Shown here: positions 1-11,192 of the stretch, in pieces
Position numbering within the stretch: position 1 is the stretch's first letter
Layout: the number at the start of each line of letters is the position of its first letter
Assembly (NCBI RefSeq): GCF_006345805.1
Contig: NW_021836909.1
Coordinates: forward strand, 1 to 22,502
Direction: 5' to 3'
Origin: Octopus sinensis
Taxonomy: Eukaryota
Length of the DNA stretch: 22,502 nt
Notes under the pieces: generated by a model
The model's input: only the letters and a program-made list of their open reading frames with translations
What the model was told of the DNA's origin: nothing
Databases searched by the model: none
Translations under genes and position numbers: made by a program

Positions 1-74
1 TGCACAGGCAAAATTTCAGCTTGATCAACCAACTGCAGGGGGTAGAGGCACTACTTATTGAACGTCCCTCGATA
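1..74 (-). mobile_element. Probable terminus (TIR) of a Tc1/mariner DNA transposon, running off the left edge
   Basis: Minus strand reads TA-TCGAGGGACGTTCAATAAGTAGTGCC...GCTGAAATTTTGCCTGTGCA. This resembles mariner termini of the TA-CGAGGGGCGTTCAATAAGTAATGC type as I recall them. Partner TIR and transposase are outside the window. Confidence 0.4.
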
Positions 75-616
75 TGTGTGTATTGAATTATTTACGTTTC
101 CTGGCAGTTTTTTTTCTATGAAGATATGTGGCGATGTTCCATCAGTATTTGCAGAAATATAATATATACACTGTTGTTGGTGTTGTAGGTTATTTTTCTA
201 TGAAATCATTCTTAATATTGACTGATTCGGACTTAGAAGAGTGAGAAAAAGATGTTGGTAGACAGATAAATTCCACTTAATCCTAAGTAACAGTTTCAAA
301 AGGAATTCATTCACTTCATTATTTAGATCTATATTTTCGTATTGATCACAATCTTTAAAATAGGGAACGAAGAGGGGTAGGTGGTGAGGACAGTGAAGTA
401 TAAATGTCAACACTACGAATATGTGAATATAATCAAAATCATTTTCTTTCTTTGATCTCCTGACAACTGCATATTGTTTATTGTGTGGCCTTTGACAAAA
501 ACACTAGCGACAGTATAAGTTGGTAGAATTAAAACGAAATAAACATATAAATATGATTTATACAAAATAGAAAATGTACTGGTTTATCTGTTCCATTGCC
601 AGGAAATACTTTTTAC

Positions 617-791
617 TGTGGTGGTAAAAATGCTTCTAATTTTTTTCTCAAATTTGGGTCTTAATGAGGTCCAATGGTGTGTTATTGTTGTTGTTTTTAT
701 GGTGAAAGTCCGCTCCCTGGCTGGCGAGATATCTCGCAACCACTACACCAGAGAGCATTTCCTTCTTTTTCAGGTTAAGGGCAGTACAGCA
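617..791 (-). CDS. Ankyrin-repeat gene exon 5 (in window): last ankyrin repeat, Mind bomb-like; one 1-bp frameshift at 661-662
   Basis: Acceptor TTTCATCATTGTAG at 792-805, phase 0. Reads CCTALNLKKKEMLSGVVVARYLASQGADFHHKNNNNNTPLDLI. Restoring one A (AA to AAA) continues KDPNLRKKLEAFLPPQ, comparable to MIB1 [35 protein letters not shown]. The 3' end is ambiguous: donor CA|GTAAAA or stop CAG TAA. Confidence 0.75.
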
Positions 792-1709
792 CTACAATGA
801 TGAAATATAAAATGATGACATATTACACAAATATTCAAAACAAATGCCCCTAATTACACAAAAGTTCATCTTAAATTTACTCATAGGTGTTTATCCACTA
901 ATTAAAACAATTACAAAGTATTGAGTTCCTACATAATCTTTAATTGAGTCCATTTTCTATTTTTATGTTTTACTTATTTTCAACACTGAGACACCCTCTA
1001 AATATACTGTCATTACATGAGCAGGACAAACTATATGATTAACATCAAGCTTATTGATAATTAATGAGTAAATATTTACTTGTCAATCACAAATATCACA
1101 ATATATTCAATAGAAAAATCAAATATAGGAAGAACAAACCAACAAGAACCTATCTATATAATTGGTTTGATAAAGGCGACCATGTGGCCATAAGAAAGAG
1201 TATTGTATATATAAATATAACACAACATGAGAGAAGAACATAAGTTATATCAGAAACAAAAACACCTATAACATAACAAAGTCATCCACACAGACATGAC
1301 CAAACATATCAATAATGTTTCCATAATTAAGCAAGAAGCATCTTTGAATGATGACGGTAAAGTAAAGGAAGCAGGAATTAGTGTCAAGTCAGAAGAGTAA
1401 TGGAGGAGTATTTTTAATCACGGACAAGTGTTTTGGAAGAGGCGACTTGCAAGTCTACCAGATAGATAGATGGAAGAGCATTGTAGACAATGAAGGAGAA
1501 TATGTTTTAGATTAACAGAAAAAAGTACTTTGTTTATCTTAATTTTGAGAAATATAAGGATTATAAAAAACTGCTTCATTTATGAGATGACAGCAAAAAG
1601 TCCAGTAGTATTGAAGTCCATACTGTTGATGACATCAGATAGCCGAATACAGTAAACGGGCTTTAAACAGCATTTTACAAGATATATACTCAAACTCAAA
1701 ATCATTACT

Positions 1710-1803
1710 TGTGTGTGTTTATCTGTGTGATTGTGTGTGTGTGCGTGTGTATGTGCGTGCGTGTGTGTGTGAGTGTGTGTGTGTGTGCATGAGTGTGTGT
1801 GTG
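1710..1803. repeat. (TG)n microsatellite, imperfect
   Basis: Direct inspection. Confidence 0.9.
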
Positions 1804-2319
1804 CCTAAGTACAGAACTTAAATACTGGAAATCTCACTAAGGACCATGCTTTATTGCATTTATCCTCTAGTGTCTTAACATTGAACAATGTTATGACATG
1901 TCCACAAGAAGGCAGTGGATTCATGTCGTATATAAGAAGTAGGATAGAGAGCAGTTTCACTCAGAATTCTTCATAGAATGGACTGGATGTATTTACCATG
2001 GCACCAGCATTATAAAGCTCAGACATCTCTTCTATCTTGCATCATTGTTAATTGAGAAATTATCTCTCCTCTATTAAATAGGCCACTTCTCCGTCATATT
2101 GTGATGGCTGTGTTTATATGGCCAACAACCGAGATGGGTCACCTCTCGACCGTGGTGAGACGACATCTTCGAGAGTGAAAGGAGATGGAATATTGTTGTT
2201 ACATAATATCACTCGGGTCACAAGGGGGGAGACTGGATCACGAATGGTAATGGAGGATGGGTTGATAGGGGAGAATTGATACATGACAAGCAAAGTTTGT
2301 CTGCTTGTCTGTCTCTTTC

Positions 2320-2420
2320 TCACACTCACACAAAGACTCACAAATACACAAATTCACACAGACCACACACAGACACCCACAGACACACACACACAGACAC
2401 ACACGCATGTATATACACAA
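2320..2420. repeat. (CA)n-rich microsatellite
   Basis: Direct inspection; it produces the HT/VC pseudo-ORFs. Confidence 0.85.
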
Positions 2421-2437
2421 ACAATTTTAAAACTTAC

Positions 2438-2644
2438 TTCGTTAGTAAATCCAAGGGTGCTCCTCGGAATTAAACTTTTCTGTTTTCACGGCCAGGTGCA
2501 AACAACTGTTACCTTCACCATCAACAGCATTTATGTTGCACCCAGGGCTATAAGCTTGTGTGTCATTCCGAGGTGACCCCGGGAAACGGCTTCAAGCAAT
2601 GGGTGTCCTTTTCTGATTGTTTTGAATATCCAACTGAACAGAAC
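2438..2644 (-). CDS. Ankyrin-repeat gene exon 4 (in window); five apparent 1-bp indels
   Basis: Pyrimidine tract and AAG acceptor (AG at 2645-2646); donor GTAAGT at 2432-2437. Correcting five homopolymer indels gives 210 nt, phase 0 to 0: GSVQLDIQNNQKRTPLLEAVSRGHLGMTHKLIALGANINAVDGEGNSCLHLAVKTEKFNSEGAPLDLLNE. The correction is my reconstruction. Confidence 0.75.
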
Positions 2645-3043
2645 CTTTGTGGAAGTAAAAATAGAAAATGAAAATTTACATGAAAATCAGGATGGATATC
2701 AATGTGTCATTATTGTCTTCTACTGGTATACTTGATCAAACTGATCATGTACATTTGATGTTTGTCCGTAAAATCAACCTTCGTAAGATCCTCTAGATGT
2801 TGCTATGAGAATGTGTTTAGACAGGATAAAGATGTCCTAAATAGATTGTTTCAGCTTAATCTACCTTTTCTACAACTATAGTAAGTTTTAGGGGAGCTGA
2901 ACACGAGTGAACACATGATTAACAGATCAAGACTAGTAAAGAAGAATCAAAATTTCTAAAGTATACTTTTGATGTTGCTATAATTAATAAGAAGTTCATA
3001 AAACTGTTGAGGTGGTTAGTGTCCACCACCATGAAATTAATGC

Positions 3044-3077
3044 GTGTGCACACACACATACACAGAGACACACTCAA

Positions 3078-3110
<33 letters not shown>

Positions 3111-3242
3111 ATAATATATAATTAATATTAATTAGAGACACAAAACCACTATTTTGCAAATCAAACAAGGAAAGACTTAATCAATACATAAAACCTAATA
3201 TTTATTATTATTATATTATATATATATACATATATATATATA
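3044..3242. repeat. (CA)n/(TA)n microsatellite cluster
   Basis: Direct inspection. Confidence 0.8.
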
Positions 3243-3359
3243 GGGAGAGAAAGAGAGAGATTTGTATACATTACTGTTGGATATATAAATATATATGTTG
3301 AATGAGGAATATGTAAAATGAAGTTCACGAGAAACTTTATTCATCACAAAGATTGGTTT

Positions 3360-3614
3360 GACCCATCTTGCATCGATTCCTTGCGGGTGGGAGAGTTCTC
3401 GGTGTCGCTTGGTATGTTGTTGTTGTCAGTAGGTTCTTGGATTATAGCATTATAGCCAACAACCTCCTGGCAACAACATGCCAAGCGAAGCCGAGAATAT
3501 TTAGTGAGGTTTCCTCTGTAAAACAGACACCAGATGAGATGCATCTGCACCGGAGGATGCAATACATCCAATTATACAGTATCCAACCCACAAGTGTCCG
3601 ATGCAAAATGGGTC
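3360..3614. mobile_element. Foldback / MITE-like imperfect palindrome (~255 bp)
   Basis: Outer arms 3360-3392 and 3583-3614 (gacccatcttgcatcga vs reverse complement gacccattttgcatcgg). Inner arms 3396-3440 and 3456-3497 match at 36 of 42 aligned positions. No clear TSD. Confidence 0.55.
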
Positions 3615-3695
3615 GATACTCCATTTCCCAATCCCTCATTTGTAATAAAACACTGTGACATTTCTGAGGTAGACTAAGTGAAAATTATATCACTA

Positions 3696-3812
3696 CGTGT
3701 GTGTGTGTGTGTGTGTAGACATACATTCATACATACATACATACATACATACATACATACATACACACACACACATACATACATACATACATACATGCAT
3801 ACATACATACAT

Positions 3813-3852
<40 letters not shown>

Positions 3853-3908
3853 ACATACATACATACATACATACATACATACATACATACATACATACAT
3901 ACACACAT
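3696..3908. repeat. Compound (TG)n + (CATA)n/(CA)n microsatellite
   Basis: Direct inspection. Confidence 0.95.
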
Positions 3909-4078
3909 AGAGAAACTGTGCATAGTTTAGCTGTCCAGCGGATGTTGGTGTAAAGTGAAAAATAGAATATCTGGAAATAAACTGAATAATGACATATCTA
4001 TGTATATATATGTTTTGATTGTAGAAAAGATAAATCCGGAGAAGAAGCACACTCTAAGATGCAGAGCAGTATATATTT

Positions 4079-4597
4079 TAAAACTGGGGAAGGCCAGTTT
4101 CCGGGATTACCCTTGGTTTCCGGTCCAAAAAGGATTTAGCTTCATGGCGTATCATTAGACCCCAAAACCTGTTGGCCTAAGACCTCTTCCAAATATGGAG
4201 GTTGGAAAAGCCCTTCACCTCATACGCCTAATCACGTCCAATAGCTTTTCCAGCTGCATACGGGTGTATAGTTCGTTGGATGACGTGGGGATGTTATTGC
4301 TGGAGTATCCGAGGTCAAATTCTTTCATATTTATGGGAGACCCGTGGTTTCAGTGAATATGTAGAAACGCTTCAATGGTGAGGTATTTAATAGAAACCAC
4401 ATGGTCACTGGGATAATCTCTTGCCAGGGAGCTGAAAAGGATCGTTTGCAGAAAACGTAAATCCAAGGCTTTTTCCCTTCCATATTTTGAAGAGATCTTA
4501 GGCCAACAGGTTTTGGGGTCTTACGATACGGTACAAAGCTAAACCCTTTATTGATGGGAAACCCAGGGTAATCCCATAAACCACCCCAATTTTTTAT
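4079..4597. mobile_element. MITE / non-autonomous DNA transposon with ~130-bp imperfect TIRs, TA-flanked
   Basis: 4079-4213 is the reverse complement of about 4464-4595, including a perfect 26-nt match (agaccccaaaacctgttggcctaaga at 4157-4182 vs 4496-4521). Both ends abut TA runs. Confidence 0.7.
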
Positions 4598-4997
4598 ATA
4601 CATTCATATATAAGTATATATATATATATGTATATATAAGTGTATATGCATGTATGTATATTTACTGCTTCCTTTTTGATATCTTACTAAATCACCTTCT
4701 CGCTTCTATAAAAAACTGTTTTGTAAATTATTGTCTTCCATACATTAATATTTTGAAAATAAAATTCTGTTCTTGTATATGTATATTGCATTGAAGAATG
4801 GATGTAAACATGATATTCTATGAACTGAGGTGCTAGTCATTTATACCTGTTTTACTTTGTAAATTGTACGATGGCACTGTATGATTTATAACTTATACAC
4901 TAATGCAGACATGTAAAAAGATTTATCATACACAAAAATTTCTGTGAAACGATGTAACTGGTGAAAGAAATATATTCATCTTATAATTTCTTACTTT

Positions 4998-5002
4998 ATA
5001 TG

Positions 5003-5033
<31 letters not shown>

Positions 5034-5071
5034 ATAAATATATACATATCCCAATGCATAGACACACACAT

Positions 5072-5105
<34 letters not shown>

Positions 5106-5235
5106 GTGTATGTATGTATATATCCATACATATATATACGCACAGACACACACAGACTTCATTGTGTGTGTATGTATATATATATATGAGTATTCATCTT
5201 ATATGTGAGTGCGTATACGCTTGTGTGTGTGTGAG
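4998..5235. repeat. Compound (TA)n/(TG)n/(CA)n microsatellite
   Basis: Direct inspection. Confidence 0.85.
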
Positions 5236-5457
5236 TGTCTCTTTGTCTTGACATCTGTGTGATAGTTGTAAATGAGTGCCACTGTCATATAAGCAGGGTC
5301 TTTATTTCAACATCTGCGGGAACATGTCTTGTTCTTGGCAAATGTTTAGCTTCCTTGAAAAGAAGAGGAGAAGGTTGGCGATAGGGAGAGCATCCAGCTG
5401 CAGGAAATTTGCCTCAATATAATCTATCGGCCAAGCAAGTATGATGATGATGATGAT
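5232..5457 (+). mobile_element. Degenerate interspersed repeat resembling an RTE-type LINE/SINE 3' end with (GAT)n tail
   Basis: Contains gttggcgatagggagagcatccagc, similar to recalled RTE 3'-end motif GTTGGCGTTAGGAAGGGCATCC, and ends in (GAT)5. Recall only. Confidence 0.4.
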
Positions 5458-5460
5458 CTG

Positions 5461-5484
5461 TTATATACATATATATATATGTAC

Positions 5485-5515
<31 letters not shown>

Positions 5516-5516
5516 A

Positions 5517-5556
<40 letters not shown>
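5461..5556. repeat. (TA)n microsatellite
   Basis: Direct inspection. Confidence 0.95.
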
Positions 5557-5559
<3 letters not shown>

Positions 5560-5617
5560 TTAGATTGATAGATAGATAGATAGATAGACAGAGAGAGAGA
5601 TAGAGAGACAGACAGAC

Positions 5618-5708
<91 letters not shown>

Positions 5709-5749
5709 CAGAGAGAGAGATAGAGAGACAGACAGACAGATAGATAGAC

Positions 5750-5796
<47 letters not shown>

Positions 5797-5829
5797 CAGA
5801 GAGAGAGATAGAGAGACAGACAGACAGAC

Positions 5830-5876
<47 letters not shown>

Positions 5877-5918
5877 GAGACAGAGAGAGAGATAGAGAGA
5901 CAGACAGACAGATACATG

Positions 5919-5964
<46 letters not shown>

Positions 5965-5987
5965 CAGAGAGAGAGAGAGAGGCAGAC

Positions 5988-6050
<63 letters not shown>

Positions 6051-6079
6051 CAGAGAGAGAGATAGAGAGACAGACAGAC

Positions 6080-6126
<47 letters not shown>

Positions 6127-6173
6127 GATAGATAGATAGATAGACAGAGAGAGAGATAGAGAGACAGACAGAC

Positions 6174-6218
<45 letters not shown>

Positions 6219-6322
6219 CATAGACAGAGAGAGAGATAGAGAGACAGACAGACAGATAGATAGATAGACAGAGATAGAGATAGAGAGATAGACAGACAGA
6301 CAGACAGATAGATAGATAGATA
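5557..6322. repeat. GATA array A: (GATA)n interspersed with ~9 copies of a GACA-GAGAGAGA-GATA-GAGA-GACA-GACA-GACA unit
   Basis: Units start near 5587, 5707, 5795, 5879, 5963, 6049, 6143, 6223 and 6267 (5963 and 6267 are variants). Confidence 0.95.
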
Positions 6323-6459
6323 TGTTTCTTTATTAGCCACACAGGGCTGCACACAGATAGAACAATTACAAGGTAGAGCTTTTCTTTTGAAGGTTAAAAA
6401 AAAAAAAAAAAAGGAAGGGGGAGTTCGATCAAAGGGATCGTAAAGGAGAGAAAGAGGAC

Positions 6460-6461
<2 letters not shown>
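6323..6461 (-). mobile_element. Tx1-type retrotransposon, 139-bp 3'-terminal stub
   Basis: Near-identical to 10827-10966 and to the start of 6508 onward. Bounded by GATA on both sides. Confidence 0.9.
6329..6334 (-). terminator. AATAAA polyadenylation signal of the stub
   Basis: TTTATT on + strand, 6 nt from the element 3' end. Confidence 0.6.
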
Positions 6462-6503
<42 letters not shown>

Positions 6504-6507
6504 GATA
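6462..6507. repeat. GATA array B (nearly pure, 46 bp)
   Basis: Direct inspection. Confidence 0.95.
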
Positions 6508-9500
6508 TGTTCTTATTAGCCACACAGGGCTGCACACAGATAGAACAATTACAAGGTAGAGCTTTTCTTTTGAAGGTTTAAAAAATAAAAAAATTTTTTA
6601 AAAAATTTTAAAAAATAAAAAATAAAATAAAAATAAAATGAAAAAGGGGGGGATCAAAAGGGATCGTAAAAGGAGAGAAAGAGGACAAAAAAAGGGGGGG
6701 TTAAAAAAAAAGGGGGAGAGGAAAAAAATTGATCTATAGGGATCGTTATCACAGAAATGTCAATACGAAGTGTAAAGGGGAGGACAGGTGAGGTTTACCC
6801 GTGGAAAGAAAAGCCTACGGAAAAGACCACGGTAACCTCGGTCAATGAAGTCACATGTTTTTTTTTTTGCAAATAAGCAACTCTCTGTATTAATTTTTAC
6901 GGTTCATAGAATCATAGTCAAGGTGGCTTCGTCATTCATACGTGCCATCCTTGCTACATTCACCCATCTTTTTTAAACATTCACTAGACAAAACTTGCCT
7001 CTCTACTCTCACTTTTTTCAAGTGATACTTGAAGAAGTTGATGAGAGATTGACCAGAGAGGAAAGTGTTTGTCTCTAATCCTTTCAGACGCGTCCACCAG
7101 ATACATTCTTTCGCCATAGCCACAAGTATGATAAAAATAGCTCTTCCTTCCCTTTGAAGGAAGGAGCGTGACGATATTAACGATAGACTCGGCTGATAAA
7201 CCGACACGTCCCACACGTGACAGCAGTCGTTCGACATAAGCCACAGGTGGGAAATGCTGGGACACTGCACGATTGCGTGCAGAGCGGTTTCGTCGCTCTG
7301 CCCGCATCTCGGGCAGGTCGGCCCAGTGTGTTTCTCGAGCCATGCCTATAGAGCTTATCCCGAACGGGTAGCGCTTCTCGGTAGCACCGCCAGGCCAGGG
7401 ATCTCTGGAAGTGTCCATAGGTCCCGGGCCGAAAGTCGTTTGAAACAGGCGGGTCAGGTATTCCTCGTCGACGCCCAGGTTTGCCCCGAGCTCGTCGTCG
7501 TACCACCCCTCCACTAATCCCCTATAGAATGCTTTGGTTGTGTTGAAGTCACTCAAGGTCGACCCGGGACGGCAGAGTTGCTTGAGAGCAACGCGACACT
7601 CGCGGTGCCATTCGCCCTTCTTCGGCCTCTTTTTGATCCACGACTGTAGTTCGGTCATGGAGACGAGTTGCGGGAATGCGTGCCTCACAAACGGCGACCA
7701 CACCTGTTCACCGTCGTCTACATAGAGCCGGAGATGTCGCAGTCTCAGCGCGTGTCTGCGCATCATCAACCACGGCATGCCCAGCCCTCCTTTTAACGGG
7801 TGTTGACAGCAAATTGATCGCCTGACCATCGGGACGCATCCTTTCCACAAGAAGCGGAAGAGGATGCGTTCTAGTTTGGATGTGTAGGGTCGGGACAATG
7901 TACGACGGTCAGGCGGTGTAGTAGATGATGGACGCGATGTACGCGTTCACCACCTCCGCCCGACCTTTTAGGGACAGTTTCCTCTCGGCCCATTGCTGGG
8001 CGAGAGTGACCACCCTACTCGTTATCTCGTTCCAGTTCTTCTCCATTTGGAGGTCCGGCCCGAACCAGACCCCGAGCAACTCAACCGGGCCGTCTGTCCA
8101 GCGTCCCACGACGGAGGTACTGGTGGACGGCATGGGCTTGCTTCTCCAGGTGCCGAGCCGCAAGCCCATTGACTTTTCCCGGTTGATTTTTGCTCCTGTC
8201 ACCGCTTCGTAGTCTTTCAGTGTCTCGCCGACCAGCTCGATGTGCTCGTGGCTTGACACTATGACGGTGACGTCGGTCGCGTATGCGGACACGCTCGTCC
8301 GCATCCTAATTCTCGCGGGATGCCCCTCAGAGTCGCCAGCTTCGCAGTAGTGGCTCAAGAGTCAATACGTATAGAAGCGCCGAGAGGGGGCATCCCTGAC
8401 GGACCGAACGTGCAATGTCGAAGGGTCTCGATAGATGTCCATTTACGCGAATTACCGAACGGATGCCTCTGTACAAGGCAACTATCCAGCCGCGGAAGAC
8501 GGGCCCGAAACCAGCCGCTCTCAGGACTGCCTCCAAGTATCGATGGTCTACCCTATCAAAGGCTTTCGATTGATCCAAGTTGATCAGGGCCCCACCCATG
8601 CCAGGTTCGTTAACTACCCTGTCTATGATGTAGCGCATCAGATGGAGGTTGTCATGGATGCTCCGGCCCGGCACGGCGCACGTTTGTGCGTTGTCGACCA
8701 GTTTCTCCATGACAAGCGCCAACCTCTGGCTAACACCTTTGTCAAATTTTCAGGTCTGCATTGAGCAGAGTGATTGGCCTAAAGTTATCTATAATGTTTC
8801 CTTGTTTGGATCTTTCTTCAGCAGAGTTACAGCTCCTCGACTCACAAAACCGGGTATGCTCCCGTTTTGCTGCCATTTGCAGTTACACCGCTGCCAAGAA
8901 GTCTCCAAACAAGTCTGGCATACAATAGTAAAATTCGTAGGGTAGACCATCCAAACCCGGTGATTTGTCCCTCGAGCATTCTGCCATCGCTTCCCGCACT
9001 TCCGCCGCCGTGATGGCACCTTCGCAGCACCCTGCCTTTCTTGTCGAGAGCCGTGGCAGGCTATGTAGGTAGGCACTGAAATCTACCCTACGTTCATGCC
9101 CTCCACTCGTCCCGAACAGTCGGGCAAAATGCTGCTGAAAAGCCTCACACATTTTACTTGGCTCGAGCAATTCGCGCCCCTGTTCATCTACCAGTGACCG
9201 AATGGTGGCTTTGTTGCCCTGTTGCGCCTCTGCCACCCGGGCCTCTCTCGCGGCTCCAACACCTTCGTTCCTTAGAGCACGCATCCTGGCTCTGACAGCA
9301 CATCCTTCGTGTTTGGCGTTGAAGTGTTGGTCGAGGGCCAACCCCGCCGCCAAAACGTCGGATGCGATGCCGCTTCTAATTGCCTCTTCTAGATTCTTAA
9401 CTAGCTCACCCTCTACTATTATTTCTATCTATGGCTAGTGCTTTGCTGTACCTAATCGCTTCTGCTTTTACTGCTCTCTTGAGGGCAAACCACCATTTGT

Positions 9501-10277
9501 TGTTGATGATGGCTCCCGTCAAAGCCCGCTTTACTAGTGTGCTAATCCGGTCTCTGAAAACTTGTCTGGACGGGAATGATGCGTTCAGTTTCCAGTACCC
9601 AGGACCCTGTCTATGTGCCTTATCTAAGTCTAGCGTACACGTCACCAATTTGTGATCCGTGTAGCTGACTGTGTGGAATTGTGGACATCCTAAGTTATCC
9701 TTGTCTACTGTCCTACACAGTATCCTATCTAGATACGATCTCGACGACCCACTGCGGTGCTCCATGTCCACGTTGGTGCATTTGGGTGGTCGAGTCGGTA
9801 CCTGTCAGACAGTTGGAATCGTCTGAGCAGGTCTCTGAGGCATTTGCATCCCCTTTGTTTCTGTCTCTACCCACGTAGTCTACATGCGTGTCCAAGGTAG
9901 CATTCCAATCCCCCACTAAGAGTAAAGGACGAGACGTTCCCAAGAATACTTCTAGACGTCGAAAGAAATCCGCCCGACCTGTTAAGGGCGGTGCGTAGAC
10001 TGATACGAGTCGAAAAGCGCACCCATTGCTGCCGTCAACATCCAGAACGATCAGTCTACCTCCGGGTCTACGAATATCGTCTTGACTTCGAGATCCAGGC
10101 TCTTGTGAAAAAGTACCGCGGTGCCACTACCGCCCATCCTCGGCAGACAGGGAGCGAAATAAATGTTAAACTGTCCGCCAAACATGGACTTTAGGGCCCG
10201 TGGCTCGTGGAGTCTGGTCTCACTTATGGCTATGATTCCCAAATCATGTGACTTGATGTCATTTAGGAGGTATCCTT
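6508..10277 (-). mobile_element. Tx1-type (L1 clade) non-LTR retrotransposon copy 1, 5'-truncated about 55 nt into ORF2
   Basis: Collinear with 10827-14522. Homology stops at AAGGATACCTC (GYL), followed by TATC repeats. Carries APE, RT and C-terminal CCHC motifs. Confidence 0.92.
6904..10277 (-). pseudogene. ORF2 of copy 1 (APE endonuclease - reverse transcriptase - CCHC), frameshifted
   Basis: Fragments across frames: IAISET, VGDWNATLD, SYLDRIL, YTDHKLV, GPGYWKLNAS, KSPGLDGLPYEFY, LINLDQSKAFDRVDH, VRQGCPLS, YATD (8272-8283), GGLGMP, CPRCGQSDETALHAIVQC (7262-7315). Stop TGA at 6904-6906. Confidence 0.9.
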
Positions 10278-10294
10278 TAGATAGATAGATAGAC

Positions 10295-10358
<64 letters not shown>

Positions 10359-10390
10359 TGACAGAGAGAGAGATAGAGAGACAGACAGAC

Positions 10391-10453
<63 letters not shown>

Positions 10454-10488
10454 CAGAGAGAGATAGAGAGAGAGACAGGCAGACAGAC

Positions 10489-10544
<56 letters not shown>

Positions 10545-10576
10545 TGACAGAGAGAGAGATAGAGAGACAGATAGAC

Positions 10577-10635
<59 letters not shown>

Positions 10636-10656
10636 CAGAGAGAGAGATAGAGAGAC

Positions 10657-10707
<51 letters not shown>

Positions 10708-10826
10708 CAGAGAGAGAGATAGAGAGACAGACAGACAGATAGATAGATAGATAGATAGATAGATAGGTAGATAGATAGATAGACAGAGAGAGATAGAGAG
10801 ACAGACAGACAGATAGATAATAGATA
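10278..10826. repeat. GATA array C with ~6 copies of the same higher-order unit as array A
   Basis: Units near 10360, 10452, 10546, 10634, 10706 and 10782. Confidence 0.95.
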
Positions 10827-10832
10827 TGTTTC

Positions 10833-10838
10833 TTTATT
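10833..10838 (-). terminator. AATAAA polyadenylation signal of copy 2
   Basis: TTTATT on + strand, 6 nt from the 3' junction. Confidence 0.6.
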
Positions 10839-11192
10839 AGCCACACAGGGCTGCACACAGATAGAACAAATTACAAGGTAGAGCTTTCTTTTGAAGGTTT
10901 AAAAAAAAAAAAAGGAAGGGGGAGTTTCGATCAAAAGGGATCGTAAAAGGAGAGAAAGAGGACAAAAAAGGGGGTTAAAAAAAAAGGGGGGAGAGGAAAA
11001 AAAAAATTGATCAATAGGGATCGTTATCACAGAAATGTCAATATGAAGTGTAAAGGGGAGGACAGGTGAGGTTACCCATGGAAAGAAAAGCCTACGGAAA
11101 AGACCACGGTAACCTCGGTCAATGAAGTCACATTTTATATTTTTTTTTTTTTTTTTTGCTAATAAGCAACTCTCTGTTTTTGATTTCTGGGT

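Noticed and set aside
198-506. Open minus-strand frame after a possible acceptor (TAG at 504-506) beginning CFCQRPH, considered as the RING exon expected after Mind bomb ankyrins
   Set aside because: Phase does not match the CA| donor without adding a base, and no C3HC4 spacing can be read without excessive correction.
1100-2300. Possible decayed transposon or coding remnants, including ORF 2114-2341
   Set aside because: No recognisable motif in any frame, no splice signals fitting the gene model, no termini.
3344-3658. Overlapping ORFs on both strands
   Set aside because: They coincide with the foldback element and have no ankyrin or other domain signature.
5414-6535. 373-aa YLSI-repeat ORF and similar ORFs at 10263-10858 and 15929-16702
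   Set aside because: Translations of (TATC)n, which lacks stops in these frames.
8272-8283. YATD instead of YADD in copy 1 as a natural catalytic variant
   Set aside because: gtcggtcgc vs gtcgtccgc is explained by a compensating +G/-C indel pair, in line with the noise elsewhere. Copy 2 has YADD.
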